NCBI RefSeq assembly: GCF_000427805.1
Contig: NZ_ATYS01000017.1
Span: 1 to 64,000 of the forward strand
Reading direction: 5' to 3'
Source: Budvicia aquatica DSM 5075 = ATCC 35567
GTDB taxonomy: Bacteria > Pseudomonadota > Gammaproteobacteria > Enterobacterales > Enterobacteriaceae
Length of the DNA stretch: 64,000 nucleotides
Shown here one piece after another: positions 26,556 to 36,523 of the stretch (position 1 is its first letter; each line of letters begins with the position of its first letter). The notes beneath the pieces are model-generated. The model was not told where the DNA came from and did no database searches. It saw only the letters and a program-made list of their open reading frames with translations. A program made the position numbers and the translations under genes.

Positions 26556-27824
26556 CTACTCCCCTAACATAATGTTTAATATTTCTTGATCCGTTTGCCT
26601 CATTCCCTGGCTGGCTAGCCTTCCGACGGCCTTTATCGTGTGGTCTACCGAAGATTTAACGATGCCGTCACCGGGTTGTAATACGTCATTTTTCATTGCA
26701 ATCTCATGACACATAACGGCAGTTTCAACACAGGTAGCAATTTTGGCTGCACACGAAGCCTTTGCACCGTCACAAATCATGCCGGATAGCGTCCCGAGTG
26801 TATTAATGACTGAGTATTCAATTTGCTCATCAGTGCCCTTTCTCAATAAAGTAATCCCTGCGGCACTACCGCTGGCAGCACAAACGACGCCGCAATAAGC
26901 AGACAATTTTCCGATATAGGATTTTTCATACAGAGCAATAAGGTTGCTAAGGAGCAATGCCCGATAGCGCTCTTCTTGAGATGAATTAAGCTCTTGAGCA
27001 TAAATGATAACGGGCAATGAAACGGTGAGCCCCTGATTACCACTCCCGGAATTAATCATAACCGGTAAATCACATCCGCCCATTCTGGCGTCAGATCCGG
27101 ATGCAGCATATGCTTTAGCGCGATTCTTAGGACTATTATCAGATGTTAATAAAATGGTTTTACCCACATTGACACCATAGGGATTATTAAGGCCTTCTTG
27201 CGCTATTTGTAAGTTATATTGAATCTCTTGATCTAATAGATCGATAAGCGAGGTGTAGTCACTATATCGAGAGAAATGGATAATCTCCTGAAGAGTAATC
27301 CCATTTATCGAATGACTATCCTGTGGGTTGTTATCGATCTCATCTAATTGAGAACAGAGTTGTTCACCATTGCGGATAATGCTAACTACATTCGTGTGCC
27401 CATCTCGAATTTCAACGCTGACCGTATCATTCTTATATTTTCCAGTAATAATGATATGCAATGTGGCATGACTTTCAAGCAGCTCTATTGAGCAAGGAAT
27501 CTGTGGAATTAAGCGCTGACATTGTTCAATTTGTTCTGGCGTTATATCAGACAAAACCTCTAGTTTTTTATCTGAACAGCCAAAATAAGCACCCAATAAA
27601 CAGGCTACGGGAATGCCTTTCATTCCACCGGAATTAGGGACAATGACGCTTTTCACATTTTTAACCATATTTGCACTACATTGTGCAAGCAGCGATTCTG
27701 GTTTATGCGCTAAATATTTAGTCACTAACGAAGAGGCATAAGCGATAGAAATAGGTTCTGTACAACCCAATGCCAATACCATTTCATCACGTAATAATTT
27801 AATTAACTTCAATTCAATACTCAT
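26556..27824 (-). CDS. cyuA: UPF0597 / serine-dehydratase-like L-cysteine desulfidase (CyuA/YhaM family)
   Basis: ALGCTEPIS, SGSDARMGG...NSGSGNQG and MICDGAKASCAAK blocks are collinear with E. coli YhaM. Confidence 0.75.
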   Translation of the reverse strand: MSIELKLIKLLRDEMVLALGCTEPISIAYASSLVTKYLAHKPESLLAQCSANMVKNVKSVIVPNSGGMKGIPVACLLGAYFGCSDKKLEVLSDITPEQIEQCQRLIPQIPCSIELLESHATLHIIITGKYKNDTVSVEIRDGHTNVVSIIRNGEQLCSQLDEIDNNPQDSHSINGITLQEIIHFSRYSDYTSLIDLLDQEIQYNLQIAQEGLNNPYGVNVGKTILLTSDNSPKNRAKAYAASGSDARMGGCDLPVMINSGSGNQGLTVSLPVIIYAQELNSSQEERYRALLLSNLIALYEKSYIGKLSAYCGVVCAASGSAAGITLLRKGTDEQIEYSVINTLGTLSGMICDGAKASCAAKIATCVETAVMCHEIAMKNDVLQPGDGIVKSSVDHTIKAVGRLASQGMRQTDQEILNIMLGE

Positions 27825-27859
27825 ATATATCCTTAATTCATGTGTTATAAGATATATAG

Positions 27860-27875
27860 AGCAAGGAGCATGCCA
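27860..27875 (-). promoter_or_regulatory. Sigma54 (-24/-12) promoter, TGGCATGCTCCTTGCT on the minus strand, driving the cyuA-like operon
   Basis: GG and GC elements are spaced exactly as in the TGGCACG-N4-TTGCW consensus. The site lies about 35 nt upstream of the cyuA-like ATG, and an AAGGA RBS follows. Confidence 0.6.
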
Positions 27876-27952
27876 ACCTCATTTAAAATAAAAGCCAATA
27901 TCATTAATTCATTAAAAATCAATAAATAGCTTCGACCCCTAATTAATTATAT

Positions 27953-27968
27953 GTGAGTAGAGTCACAA
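27953..27968. promoter_or_regulatory. Perfect TGTGA-N6-TCACA palindrome (CRP-type site or enhancer-binding protein UAS) ~90 bp upstream of the sigma54 promoter
   Basis: ATGTGAGTAGAGTCACAAA. Confidence 0.45.
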
Positions 27969-28148
27969 AAAATAACAAAATGAGTTGGCGTAGATTTATA
28001 CAAATTTTTATTATTGTTAGGAATATATTTGGCTTTAAGCCTGATTACCAACCTAACATATTGATTTTATTTAATTAACTAAATATGGTAAAAATTCTTA
28101 AAAATAAGAATGAGCATAAGCAACAGCCAGTGAGTAATTTCGCTTGGT

Positions 28149-28934
28149 TTAAACATCCCGTAATTTTTTTCTGAACTCCGCAGGGGACACCCTCATTAAT
28201 TTACGAAAGATAGAAATTAACGCTGATGCGCTGTTATAACCTAGCTCAAATGCAATTGACTCAATGGTATAATCCGTTTCGCCCAACAGAGATAATGCCT
28301 TGATGACTCGTAACCGCTGGCGCCATTCTCCTAATGTAATACCTAGCTCTTGTTTACTTCTGCGCATTAACGTTCTTTCTGTTGTATTAAATTGGCGAGC
28401 TAGCTGCGAAAGAGACAGGCAAGAGTGAGGGTTATCATCCAGAAATTGCAGAATAGGCTTAAGAATGCGATCGTTTGAAGTCGGTAAATAACTGTCCACT
28501 TTAGGCATTTCACACAGTTGATCGACTAAAACTTGGAGTAAACGCTTCTCTTTATCCGTTTCAGGAAAAATAATTTCATTGTTCTGTAAAGTCCATAAGA
28601 TACTTCTAATTAATGGATTTAGGAGCAATATCGTTGGTTGCTTAGGCAGAGACTCACAATATTCAGATAAGATATACAAAGAACAATGTACGACTTCACA
28701 ATTATTAAATGCAATATGTTCAACCCTTGGTGGTAGCCATAAACCATACTGAGGTGGGACAAGAAAATGTTTATCATCTATATGAATTTTCATTACCCCT
28801 CGATAGCAAAAGTTAAACTCTCCGCAACCATGTTGGTGCTTAGGATAAATACCATTCTTAGGCATAAAAACTATGCGAGGAAATATCGGTGATGGCAGCT
28901 CATCGCCATATGCCGGTAAAATTATTTGGCTCAT
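28149..28934 (-). CDS. AraC/XylS-family transcriptional regulator with N-terminal cupin sensor domain
   Basis: C-terminal dual HTH (LSQLARQFNTTERTLMRRSKQELG..., ESIAFELGYNSASALISIFRK). N-terminal beta-barrel region. Confidence 0.8.
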   Translation of the reverse strand: MSQIILPAYGDELPSPIFPRIVFMPKNGIYPKHQHGCGEFNFCYRGVMKIHIDDKHFLVPPQYGLWLPPRVEHIAFNNCEVVHCSLYILSEYCESLPKQPTILLLNPLIRSILWTLQNNEIIFPETDKEKRLLQVLVDQLCEMPKVDSYLPTSNDRILKPILQFLDDNPHSCLSLSQLARQFNTTERTLMRRSKQELGITLGEWRQRLRVIKALSLLGETDYTIESIAFELGYNSASALISIFRKLMRVSPAEFRKKLRDV

Positions 28935-29129
28935 ATCATTTACCCCACAAACAAATTGCTTACCTATTATTCACAATGGCTGTTTAGCGATACATTATGG
29001 CTGAATCTCTCTATATGTATAAGCCAATAAAATGGCACAATCATTTTATATCTAGTTTAAATCAATTTTTGTAACAAAAAAGACCCATTAATAGAACTTA
29101 TCATAATTTGATTATAAATGGTGTAGATT

Positions 29130-30563
29130 ATGACTATGTCCCTTAAGAACATTGAAAATTTTATTCAATCTTATATTAATACGATTGCGATAGTATTAAA
29201 GCTTGATATAACCGTCGTGGATAATAATTTAGTCAGGATAGCAGGGACAAACCGTTATTCTACTGAGATCGGAAATACGATTCATAAAACGAAATTCTAT
29301 CAAGACGTGTTTAGCTCAGGATTACCTAATATCATGTGTAAGAAAACGAGATTTTCCGCTTGTTATTCCTGTGCTAGGTATCGAAGTTGCTCTGAGTTGG
29401 CTGATATAGCCTATCCAATAAAATACAACAATGACATTATTGGCGTTATCAGCCTGATTGCATTTACCGAAGAATCTAAAGAAACGCTGATCAATAATGA
29501 TAAAAGCTATATAGATTTTTTAAAATGCATTAGTACCTTGTTAGCAAGCCAGCTATTAGTTTCAATTGTTAAAATTCCATTAAAGTCTAATCTCAGCCAA
29601 ATACAGAATAAATCTAAAGTTGAATTTATTAGCGCTGATTCCCGAGTTAAAAAACTGCTTGAGACCGCAAAACAAACGGCAAACTCGGATTCAACCACTC
29701 TTATCACGGGAGAGAGCGGAACAGGTAAAGATGTATTAGCCAAAATTATTCATCAATCAAGTAACCGGTCCGCGCATCCGCTCATATCAGTTAACTGTGG
29801 TGCAATACCGGAAAATTTAATTGAAAGTGAGTTGTTTGGCTATGAACGAGGCGCTTTTACCGGCGCCAACAGAGAGGGAAGCATAGGCAAATTCGAGTTA
29901 GCCAATAATGGTATTTTGTTTCTTGATGAAGTGGGAGAGATGCCACTTACCGCTCAAACAAGGCTACTACGCGTGTTGCAAGAAAAGACAATCCAACGTA
30001 TTGGCGGGAAAGATGATATTGCTATTAATGTAAAAATTATCTGTGCAACAAATCAGAATTTACAGCATTTGATTCAAGAGAAAAAATTTCGGGAAGATCT
30101 CTATTACCGGATTCATGTTATTCCGCTTCATATTCCGCCGTTAAGGGAAAGAAAAAACGATATACAGCTGCTTTCAGAGCACTTTCTAAACCACTTTAAC
30201 CATAAATTTAGTAAAGAAATCATCATCAATAATAATGTTCTTGATATATTAAAAACCTACTTATGGCCGGGAAATGTCAGAGAACTAAAAAATTTCTTTG
30301 AATACTTAACCAATATCAAAATGAGCGGAGAGATCGACGAAAGTGATATCCCGCCATCAATGCGTCATATACCAGAGATGAAAACAGAATCTTCCCGGTC
30401 GCTAAAATCAATGCTCAAAATACAAGAAAGCCAGCTGTTACACTCACTAATCTCCACGACGTACAGTGCAAATGGAAAAAAGCAGTTGGCTAATCAACTC
30501 GGTATATCAGTCTCATCCCTGTATCGGAAAATAGCTGAATATAAACTGCAGCAAAGAGGCTAA
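29130..30563 (+). CDS. Sigma54-dependent transcriptional activator (bEBP) with N-terminal Cys-cluster sensor domain and C-terminal HTH
   Basis: AAA+ sigma54-interaction domain (GESGTGKDVLAKIIH, ELFGYERGAFTGAN GAFTGA motif, LLRVLQEK). The N-terminal ~150 aa contain CKKTRFSACYSCARYRSC. C-terminal HTH is KKQLANQLGISVSSLYRKI. Confidence 0.85.
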   Translation: MTMSLKNIENFIQSYINTIAIVLKLDITVVDNNLVRIAGTNRYSTEIGNTIHKTKFYQDVFSSGLPNIMCKKTRFSACYSCARYRSCSELADIAYPIKYNNDIIGVISLIAFTEESKETLINNDKSYIDFLKCISTLLASQLLVSIVKIPLKSNLSQIQNKSKVEFISADSRVKKLLETAKQTANSDSTTLITGESGTGKDVLAKIIHQSSNRSAHPLISVNCGAIPENLIESELFGYERGAFTGANREGSIGKFELANNGILFLDEVGEMPLTAQTRLLRVLQEKTIQRIGGKDDIAINVKIICATNQNLQHLIQEKKFREDLYYRIHVIPLHIPPLRERKNDIQLLSEHFLNHFNHKFSKEIIINNNVLDILKTYLWPGNVRELKNFFEYLTNIKMSGEIDESDIPPSMRHIPEMKTESSRSLKSMLKIQESQLLHSLISTTYSANGKKQLANQLGISVSSLYRKIAEYKLQQRG

Positions 30564-30595
30564 TGGAGGTGCCTTACCCGACAAGCCAGTGAACG

Positions 30596-30657
30596 AAAAA
30601 AGCCCCGACGAATTGTCAGGGCTTTTAGGTTACTGCATACTTAGAATTTAACATTAA
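30596..30657 (+). repeat. ~60-bp intergenic repeat, copy B
   Basis: Direct repeat of copy A (23066-23127), located immediately after the bEBP stop codon. Confidence 0.7.
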
Positions 30658-30844
30658 TTACTTCAATAAGTTATAACTGATACTGCTACTAGATGTACAC
30701 GTTCATAAGAGAAAAATTAAGTATTTGTAGCGAACAATTCCTCCGATTTATTAACTTAAAACACATAATTCCCTAAACATTCATATTAGCTCATCGATTG
30801 TCTGACTCACTAACTTAGTACACCACCCTCGCGATATGTATTTA

Positions 30845-31080
30845 CTACATGGCCTTACATTCGTCGCGATATTCTAAATCAATGTAAAAATACCCATTAA
30901 TCGCGAACATTGACTACAACTACAGGGCCTTTATCGCGCTAATTTTCTGTTCCTGCCGCGATGATACTCTTAACTTCGAGGCCTGACTCCCATCACGATA
31001 TAACTGATTTAATATATCCCCCATCGTGACGATGTCCAATTAACATTGGTTAACTACGAGGCCTTTATCGCGTATATTTA
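30845..31080 (+). repeat. Array of four imperfect ~28-bp direct repeats (consensus ~TAACTACRRGGCCTTTATCGCG.TAT) in the ptsG-like leader region
   Basis: Copies start near 30845, 30918, 30974 and 31054. The two best copies are CTACAGGGCCTTTATCGCGCTAATTTT and CTACGAGGCCTTTATCGCGTATATTTA. Confidence 0.55.
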
Positions 31081-31419
31081 CTAAAACACAGACAACCTAT
31101 AAATCGCCTGAAAGCCCGATTCCGTCTGCGTTAACAACCAATTTAACCATTTAAATTTAGTTGTCAATACTGTTTTTAAATACAGTGCATTTATAATTTT
31201 ATAACCCCTAATTTATTAGTGACTAAGCGAGTTGAAAGTTGCTGATATCACACAATAAAAACCACAAAATATGATCGGGTACCGATATGCTGGGCCCCCA
31301 TACTAAGTAAAAAGAGACCGTTATTGATAAATTTCGCCTCGCTCTTTCTGGTGAATCTCATGTAGTCGTCTACACTCAAAAAACGATTTTATTTACTCAC
31401 CATTCAAATGTATTTAATG

Positions 31420-31441
31420 ATTTGTGATCATAATCACCTAA
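31420..31441. promoter_or_regulatory. CRP-binding site candidate (TGTGATCATAATCACC) ~125 bp upstream of ptsG-like start
   Basis: TGTGA-N6-TCACc with AT-rich flanks. Confidence 0.5.
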
Positions 31442-31561
31442 TGTAACTTTTATTTATTTTACGCTGTGAAATAAATAAGCCTGACTGAAAAATCGACAGT
31501 TTTAGACCAGCTTTACATACACCGTTCTCACTTAAAACATACATGCTCCGGAGCGTTTTTC

Positions 31562-33025
31562 ATGTTCAAAGATCTCTTTGCTAACCTGCAAAAAGTCGGT
31601 AAGGCGCTGATGCTGCCCGTTTCCGTCTTACCTATTGCAGGTATATTACTCGGTGTTGGTGCAGCGCACTTTAGCTGGTTACCCACAATTGTCTCTGACG
31701 TGATGGAGAAGTCAGGAAGTTCGATATTCGATCAAATGCCGTTACTGTTTGCCGTTGGTGTTGCTTTAGGCTTTACCAATAACGATGGCGTTGCAGGTCT
31801 GGCCGCCATCGTCGGCTATGGAATTATGGCGGCAACATTAGGCGTTATGGCCGGCGTTTTGGGCGTTGCTAAGATCGACACCGGTGTTCTGGGCGGTATT
31901 TTAGTCGGTGGCCTGGCGGGTTATCTGTTTAACCGCTTCTATCGTATTAAACTCCCCGATTATTTAGGCTTCTTTGCCGGAAAGCGTTTTGTCCCTATTA
32001 TCACGGGATTTATCTGTATCGCTTTAGGTGTTGCCCTTTCCTTTATTTGGCCGCCAATCGGCAAAGCTATTGGTGCATTTTCACAGTGGGCGGCTTACCA
32101 GAACCCGGCTATGGCCTTCGGTATCTATGGCGTAGTGGAACGTTCATTAATTCCTTTCGGTTTGCACCATATCTGGAACGTTCCGTTCTTCTATGAAGCC
32201 GGCCAAGCCTGCGTTATTGACAATAAAGTTGTTGCTACCATTATCAGCGAAAATATCTGTAAAGCAGAGAATGGTCGCTGGATTACCGGTGAGATCCAAC
32301 GTTATCTTCAGGGCGATCCTACCGCCGGAAATATGGCTGGCGGTTACTTATTTAAGATGTGGGGACTACCAGCAGCCGCTATTGCTATGTGGCACACAGC
32401 TAAGCCAGAAAACCGGGCAAAAGTTGGCGGTATTATGATTTCGGCGGCTCTGACATCATTCTTAACCGGTATCACCGAACCTATTGAATTCGCCTTTATG
32501 TTCGTAGCGCCAGTGCTGTACGTTATCCATGCGCTTTTGGCCGGCTCAGCCTATGTAATTGCCATCCTGCTGGGGATGAAGCACGGAATGACCTTCTCAC
32601 ACGGTGCCATTGACTTCTCGCTGTTTTATCACTTATCGACAAACGGCTGGCTATTCTTTATTGTCGGCCCGATTTACGCCCTGCTCTACTACACAATATT
32701 CCGGGTGGCTATTATCAAACTGAACCTGAAAACCCCGGGACGTGAAGATGATACTCCGAAAGACGCCGTTAAAGCGGCAACCGGCACCAATATGGCTGCT
32801 GACCTGGTTGCTGCATTTGGTGGAAAAGAAAATATCACTAACTTAGATGCCTGTATTACTCGATTAAGAGTCGGTGTTGCCGATGTTTCTCAGGTAGATC
32901 AAGAGAAGCTAAAGCGTCTTGGCGCGGCAGGCGTTGTTGTGGCAGGCTCTGGCATTCAGGCTATTTTCGGGACCAAGTCAGATAACCTCAAGAGCGATAT
33001 GGATGAGTATATTCGTAATAACTAG
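31562..33025 (+). CDS. ptsG: PTS glucose-family EIICB permease (PtsG-like) with ~40 aa loop insertion
   Basis: N-terminus nearly identical to E. coli PtsG ([30 protein letters not shown]). Conserved [11 protein letters not shown] Cys motif [10 protein letters not shown] and C-terminal SDNLK..MDEYIRN. Confidence 0.8.
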   Translation: MFKDLFANLQKVGKALMLPVSVLPIAGILLGVGAAHFSWLPTIVSDVMEKSGSSIFDQMPLLFAVGVALGFTNNDGVAGLAAIVGYGIMAATLGVMAGVLGVAKIDTGVLGGILVGGLAGYLFNRFYRIKLPDYLGFFAGKRFVPIITGFICIALGVALSFIWPPIGKAIGAFSQWAAYQNPAMAFGIYGVVERSLIPFGLHHIWNVPFFYEAGQACVIDNKVVATIISENICKAENGRWITGEIQRYLQGDPTAGNMAGGYLFKMWGLPAAAIAMWHTAKPENRAKVGGIMISAALTSFLTGITEPIEFAFMFVAPVLYVIHALLAGSAYVIAILLGMKHGMTFSHGAIDFSLFYHLSTNGWLFFIVGPIYALLYYTIFRVAIIKLNLKTPGREDDTPKDAVKAATGTNMAADLVAAFGGKENITNLDACITRLRVGVADVSQVDQEKLKRLGAAGVVVAGSGIQAIFGTKSDNLKSDMDEYIRNN

Positions 33026-33049
33026 CTATTCTGTGGGTCTCTAATGAGT

Positions 33050-33085
33050 AAAATGCCGTGACATCAACCACGGCATTTTTATTTC
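33050..33085 (+). terminator. Rho-independent terminator of ptsG-like gene
   Basis: AAATGCCGTG..CGGCATTTTTATTT. Confidence 0.65.
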
Positions 33086-33114
33086 TATTAGTCATTGGCA
33101 ACAATCTCAAATGT

Positions 33115-33145
33115 AAAAAGCCCCGTAAATACGGGGCCTTTGGTA
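33115..33145 (-). terminator. Rho-independent terminator of yeeX (minus strand)
   Basis: The minus strand reads GCCCCGT atttACGGGGC followed by TTTTT. Confidence 0.65.
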
Positions 33146-33165
33146 TTGAGTTACGGCTGAAAATA

Positions 33166-33486
33166 TTACTTAACGTCGGCTTTAGCCTTCATGCTTTGAG
33201 AGATATCACGACGCTCTTTTGACAGCTCAGCATTCTTGATGATGTATTCATCAACACGCTCTTCATAGTCACTCTTCATATTAGCGATGATAGCCTGAAC
33301 GTCTTCAATGCTCATGCCCTGCTTGATATAGTCACTCAGATTTTCCAGTAACAGCACTCGCTTCTGGTTGTCACGAATTTTCTTTTCGTTATCCACAATA
33401 TCACGCTTCAGTTTGTTTTTACGGCGGGACAAACGCACATATTCCAGCACGTTTTGAAATGAAGGTTTGTTCACGTTTTCCATCAT
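33166..33486 (-). CDS. yeeX: UPF0265/DUF496 protein YeeX
   Basis: [48 protein letters not shown]...[15 protein letters not shown] is near-identical to E. coli YeeX. Confidence 0.85.
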   Translation of the reverse strand: MMENVNKPSFQNVLEYVRLSRRKNKLKRDIVDNEKKIRDNQKRVLLLENLSDYIKQGMSIEDVQAIIANMKSDYEERVDEYIIKNAELSKERRDISQSMKAKADVK

Positions 33487-33601
33487 AGTACCCTTACTTA
33501 AGAAATAAGAAATCTTGGCTGACTAAATCAAAATAGCTCTTTGGAATAGTACGTAACTAAAACCTTAACTGCTACTTAAATGATACTTTTCTATCACATT
33601 G

Positions 33602-34621
33602 TTATTCGGAGGCATAACCGTTTACGTTATTGCTCTGCCAGTTCCAAGTATCTTGCATCATAGCAGTTAAATCACGCGTCGCTTTCCACCCTAGCTTTTT
33701 CTCAGCTAAAGAAGGGTCTGACCAGCACTCTGCAATGTCACCTTCTCTACGGGGAGCAATACGGTAAGGAATAGCTTTTCCTGAAACCTTTTCAAAGGAC
33801 TTAATCATCTCCAATACGGAATATCCGATACCTGTCCCTAAGTTATAAGCACTAAATCCCTGATGGTTTTTCAGAGCATCTAGAGCATTTAAATGGCCCT
33901 GAGCTAAATCCATCACATGGATATAATCTCGAACGCCGGTACCATCTTTGGTCGGGTAATCATCACCAAAAATAGCGAGTTCAGTCAGTTTCCCTACCGC
34001 TACCTGAGAGATATAAGGCAGTAAGTTATTGGGAATGCCGTTAGGATCTTCGCCGATTAACCCTGATTCATGCGCACCTACCGGGTTAAAATAACGCAGC
34101 GTAATAACAGTATAGTCAGGCTCAGCCCGAACAAAATCTTGCAAAATCTGCTCAACCATCAGTTTCGATGTGCCGTAAGGATTTGTGGTACCACCAACCG
34201 GAGCATTTTCAGTAATAGGTACAACGTCGACCATCCCGTAGACCGTGGCCGAAGAGCTGAAAATAATATTTTTAACGCCGGCATGACGCATCTCTTCCAG
34301 CAGAACTAAAGAACCGGTTACGTTATTTTGATAATAAGAAAGCGGTTTTACTACCGACTCACCCACCGCTTTAAGCCCGGCAAAGTGAATAACGCTATCA
34401 ATAGTATGTTGCGCAAAAATCTGTTGTAAGCAGCTTCGATCAAGAATATCACCTTGGTAGAAAACAACTTTCTTACCCGCCAGGGTTTCAACCCGTTTCA
34501 ACGCAACCAGCGACGAGTTAGATAAGTTATCTAATACAATAACCTCATCGCCACGTTTGAGTAGAGCTAAAACGGTATGAGAACCGATATACCCGACGCC
34601 ACCGGTAACTAAAATAGCCAT
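33602..34621 (-). CDS. galE: UDP-glucose 4-epimerase
   Basis: [19 protein letters not shown]-binding motif and SSSATVYG. The catalytic YxxxK context is present. 339 aa. Confidence 0.85.
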   Translation of the reverse strand: MAILVTGGVGYIGSHTVLALLKRGDEVIVLDNLSNSSLVALKRVETLAGKKVVFYQGDILDRSCLQQIFAQHTIDSVIHFAGLKAVGESVVKPLSYYQNNVTGSLVLLEEMRHAGVKNIIFSSSATVYGMVDVVPITENAPVGGTTNPYGTSKLMVEQILQDFVRAEPDYTVITLRYFNPVGAHESGLIGEDPNGIPNNLLPYISQVAVGKLTELAIFGDDYPTKDGTGVRDYIHVMDLAQGHLNALDALKNHQGFSAYNLGTGIGYSVLEMIKSFEKVSGKAIPYRIAPRREGDIAECWSDPSLAEKKLGWKATRDLTAMMQDTWNWQSNNVNGYASE

Positions 34622-34651
34622 AACGCTCTATTCCTTCCGTTCATTATTGAC

Positions 34652-34680
34652 AAAAAATCCGGGAATCCCCGGATTTTTGC
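34652..34680. terminator. Hairpin terminator between gnd and galE
   Basis: AAAAATCCGGGAATCCCCGGATTTTTG. Confidence 0.6.
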
Positions 34681-34696
34681 AGATCGCTTAAAGCTA

Positions 34697-36100
34697 TTAT
34701 TCCATCCATTCGGTATGGAATACACCGTCTTTATCAGTACGCTTATAGGTATGCGCACCAAAATAGTCACGCTGCGCCTGAATCAGGTTAGCCGGTAAAA
34801 CGGCGGCACGGTAGCTGTCGTAATACGCAATAGCTGCAGACAAGGTCGGAGTCGGAATACCGTGTTGAACCGCATAAGAAATAACGTCACGCAGTGACTG
34901 TTGATATTCGTCAGCCGTTTTCTTGAAGTAGCTGGCCAGCAACAGGTTAGCAATATCACCATTTTCAGCATAAGCATCGGTGATTTTTTGCAGGAACTGA
35001 GCACGAATAATACAGCCGGCACGGAAGATTTTAGCAATCTCGCCGTAGTTTAAGTCCCAGTTAAACTCATCGGATGCGGCTTTTAATTGCGCAAAGCCCT
35101 GAGCATAAGAGACAATTTTACCTAAATACAGCGCGCGACGAACCTTCTCAACAAATTCAGCTTTATCACCGGTGAATGGCTGAGTTTTAGGCCCTGATAG
35201 CACCTTAGATGCTGCAACTCGCTCAGTTTTCAGCGCAGATAAGTAACGGGCAAACACTGATTCAGTAATCAGAGATAAAGGCACGCCAAGATCTAAAGAG
35301 CTTTGGCTGGTCCATTTACCGGTACCTTTTTGTGCTGCTTCATCCAGAATGACATCAACCAGATAATGGCCATTCTCATCTTTCTTACGGAAGATATCCG
35401 CGGTAATTTCGACTAAATAGCTATCCAGCTCGCCTTTATTCCAGTCGGTAAAGGTTTCAGCCAGTTCAGGATTAGACAGACCGACTGATTTCAGTAATGA
35501 ATAAGCCTCTGCAATTAGCTGCATATCACCGTATTCAATACCGTTGTGTACCATTTTAACGTAGTGGCCTGCACCATCAGCACCAATATAGGTAATGCAC
35601 GGTTCATCGCCTACTCTGGCTGCGATTTTCTCTAAAATTGGCGCAACCAGTTCATAGGCTTCTCTCTGTCCGCCGGGCATGATTGAAGGCCCCTTTAATG
35701 CCCCCTCTTCACCACCTGAAACACCGGTACCGATAAAGTTGAAGCCCAGAGCTGACAGGTCTTTATTACGACGAATAGTGTCTTGGAAATAAGTATTACC
35801 GCCGTCAATGAGGATGTCACCTTTATCGAGATAAGGCTTCAGTGAATCAATGGTTTTATCCGTTGCTTCGCCGGCTTTAACCATTAATAGGATACGACGT
35901 GGTTTTTCTAACGAATTCACAAACTCTTCAATGCTATGGCAAGGAACCAATTTTTTACCCGGATTCTCTGCAATCACCTCATCGGTTTTATCGCTGGAGC
36001 GGTTAAAAATAGAAACGCTATAACCGCGGCTTTCAATATTCAGTGCCAAATTACGGCCCATGACCGCCATACCAACGACACCGATTTGCTGTTTAGACAT
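34697..36100 (-). CDS. gnd: 6-phosphogluconate dehydrogenase (decarboxylating)
   Basis: [21 protein letters not shown] onward is collinear with E. coli Gnd (468 aa). The ORF-track 5' extension to 36367 is an artefact. An AGGAG RBS precedes the ATG at 36100. Confidence 0.9.
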   Translation of the reverse strand: MSKQQIGVVGMAVMGRNLALNIESRGYSVSIFNRSSDKTDEVIAENPGKKLVPCHSIEEFVNSLEKPRRILLMVKAGEATDKTIDSLKPYLDKGDILIDGGNTYFQDTIRRNKDLSALGFNFIGTGVSGGEEGALKGPSIMPGGQREAYELVAPILEKIAARVGDEPCITYIGADGAGHYVKMVHNGIEYGDMQLIAEAYSLLKSVGLSNPELAETFTDWNKGELDSYLVEITADIFRKKDENGHYLVDVILDEAAQKGTGKWTSQSSLDLGVPLSLITESVFARYLSALKTERVAASKVLSGPKTQPFTGDKAEFVEKVRRALYLGKIVSYAQGFAQLKAASDEFNWDLNYGEIAKIFRAGCIIRAQFLQKITDAYAENGDIANLLLASYFKKTADEYQQSLRDVISYAVQHGIPTPTLSAAIAYYDSYRAAVLPANLIQAQRDYFGAHTYKRTDKDGVFHTEWME

Positions 36101-36523
36101 AGAGACTCCTAGCTGATAGGTAACATTCACCCGATGGAAATACGACAAGTGAACAACTAATTTATAACAAATATAATAACGCACGAGGGTGGCAATTGGT
36201 ACGACAGAAATTGCGATTACAGAAATTGCTATTATTGATGGTAAATAGTCCCAGATAAGTGCATTTTTGGCTTGGAATGGCCGAGATGACCATTTTAATA
36301 ACGAGTTAAAACCCCGATAGATAAACTCCACTGGATAACTCACTAAATGAGTTAAGCCGTTATTCAATAAGTTAGTGGCGAAAAGATGACTTTATGCTCA
36401 ATTAGCAACTTATTTTGTCTCTGCTATGTTTAAGGTTAATACAAATTATTGTCGTGACCGCATTTACACAATACAATTACCACGCAGCATGTGCTGCGTA
36501 ACTTGAAGGTAACCACCTGACTT

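Noticed and set aside
30845-31080. Direct-repeat array considered as a CRISPR array
   Set aside because: Repeats are imperfect, the spacing is irregular (56-80 bp), there are only four copies and no cas genes. It fits regulator sites better.
36101-36367. 5' extension of the gnd ORF giving a 556-aa protein
   Set aside because: Homology to Gnd begins at [10 protein letters not shown] with an AGGAG RBS. The upstream 89 codons are hydrophobic nonsense in the galE/gnd intergenic region.
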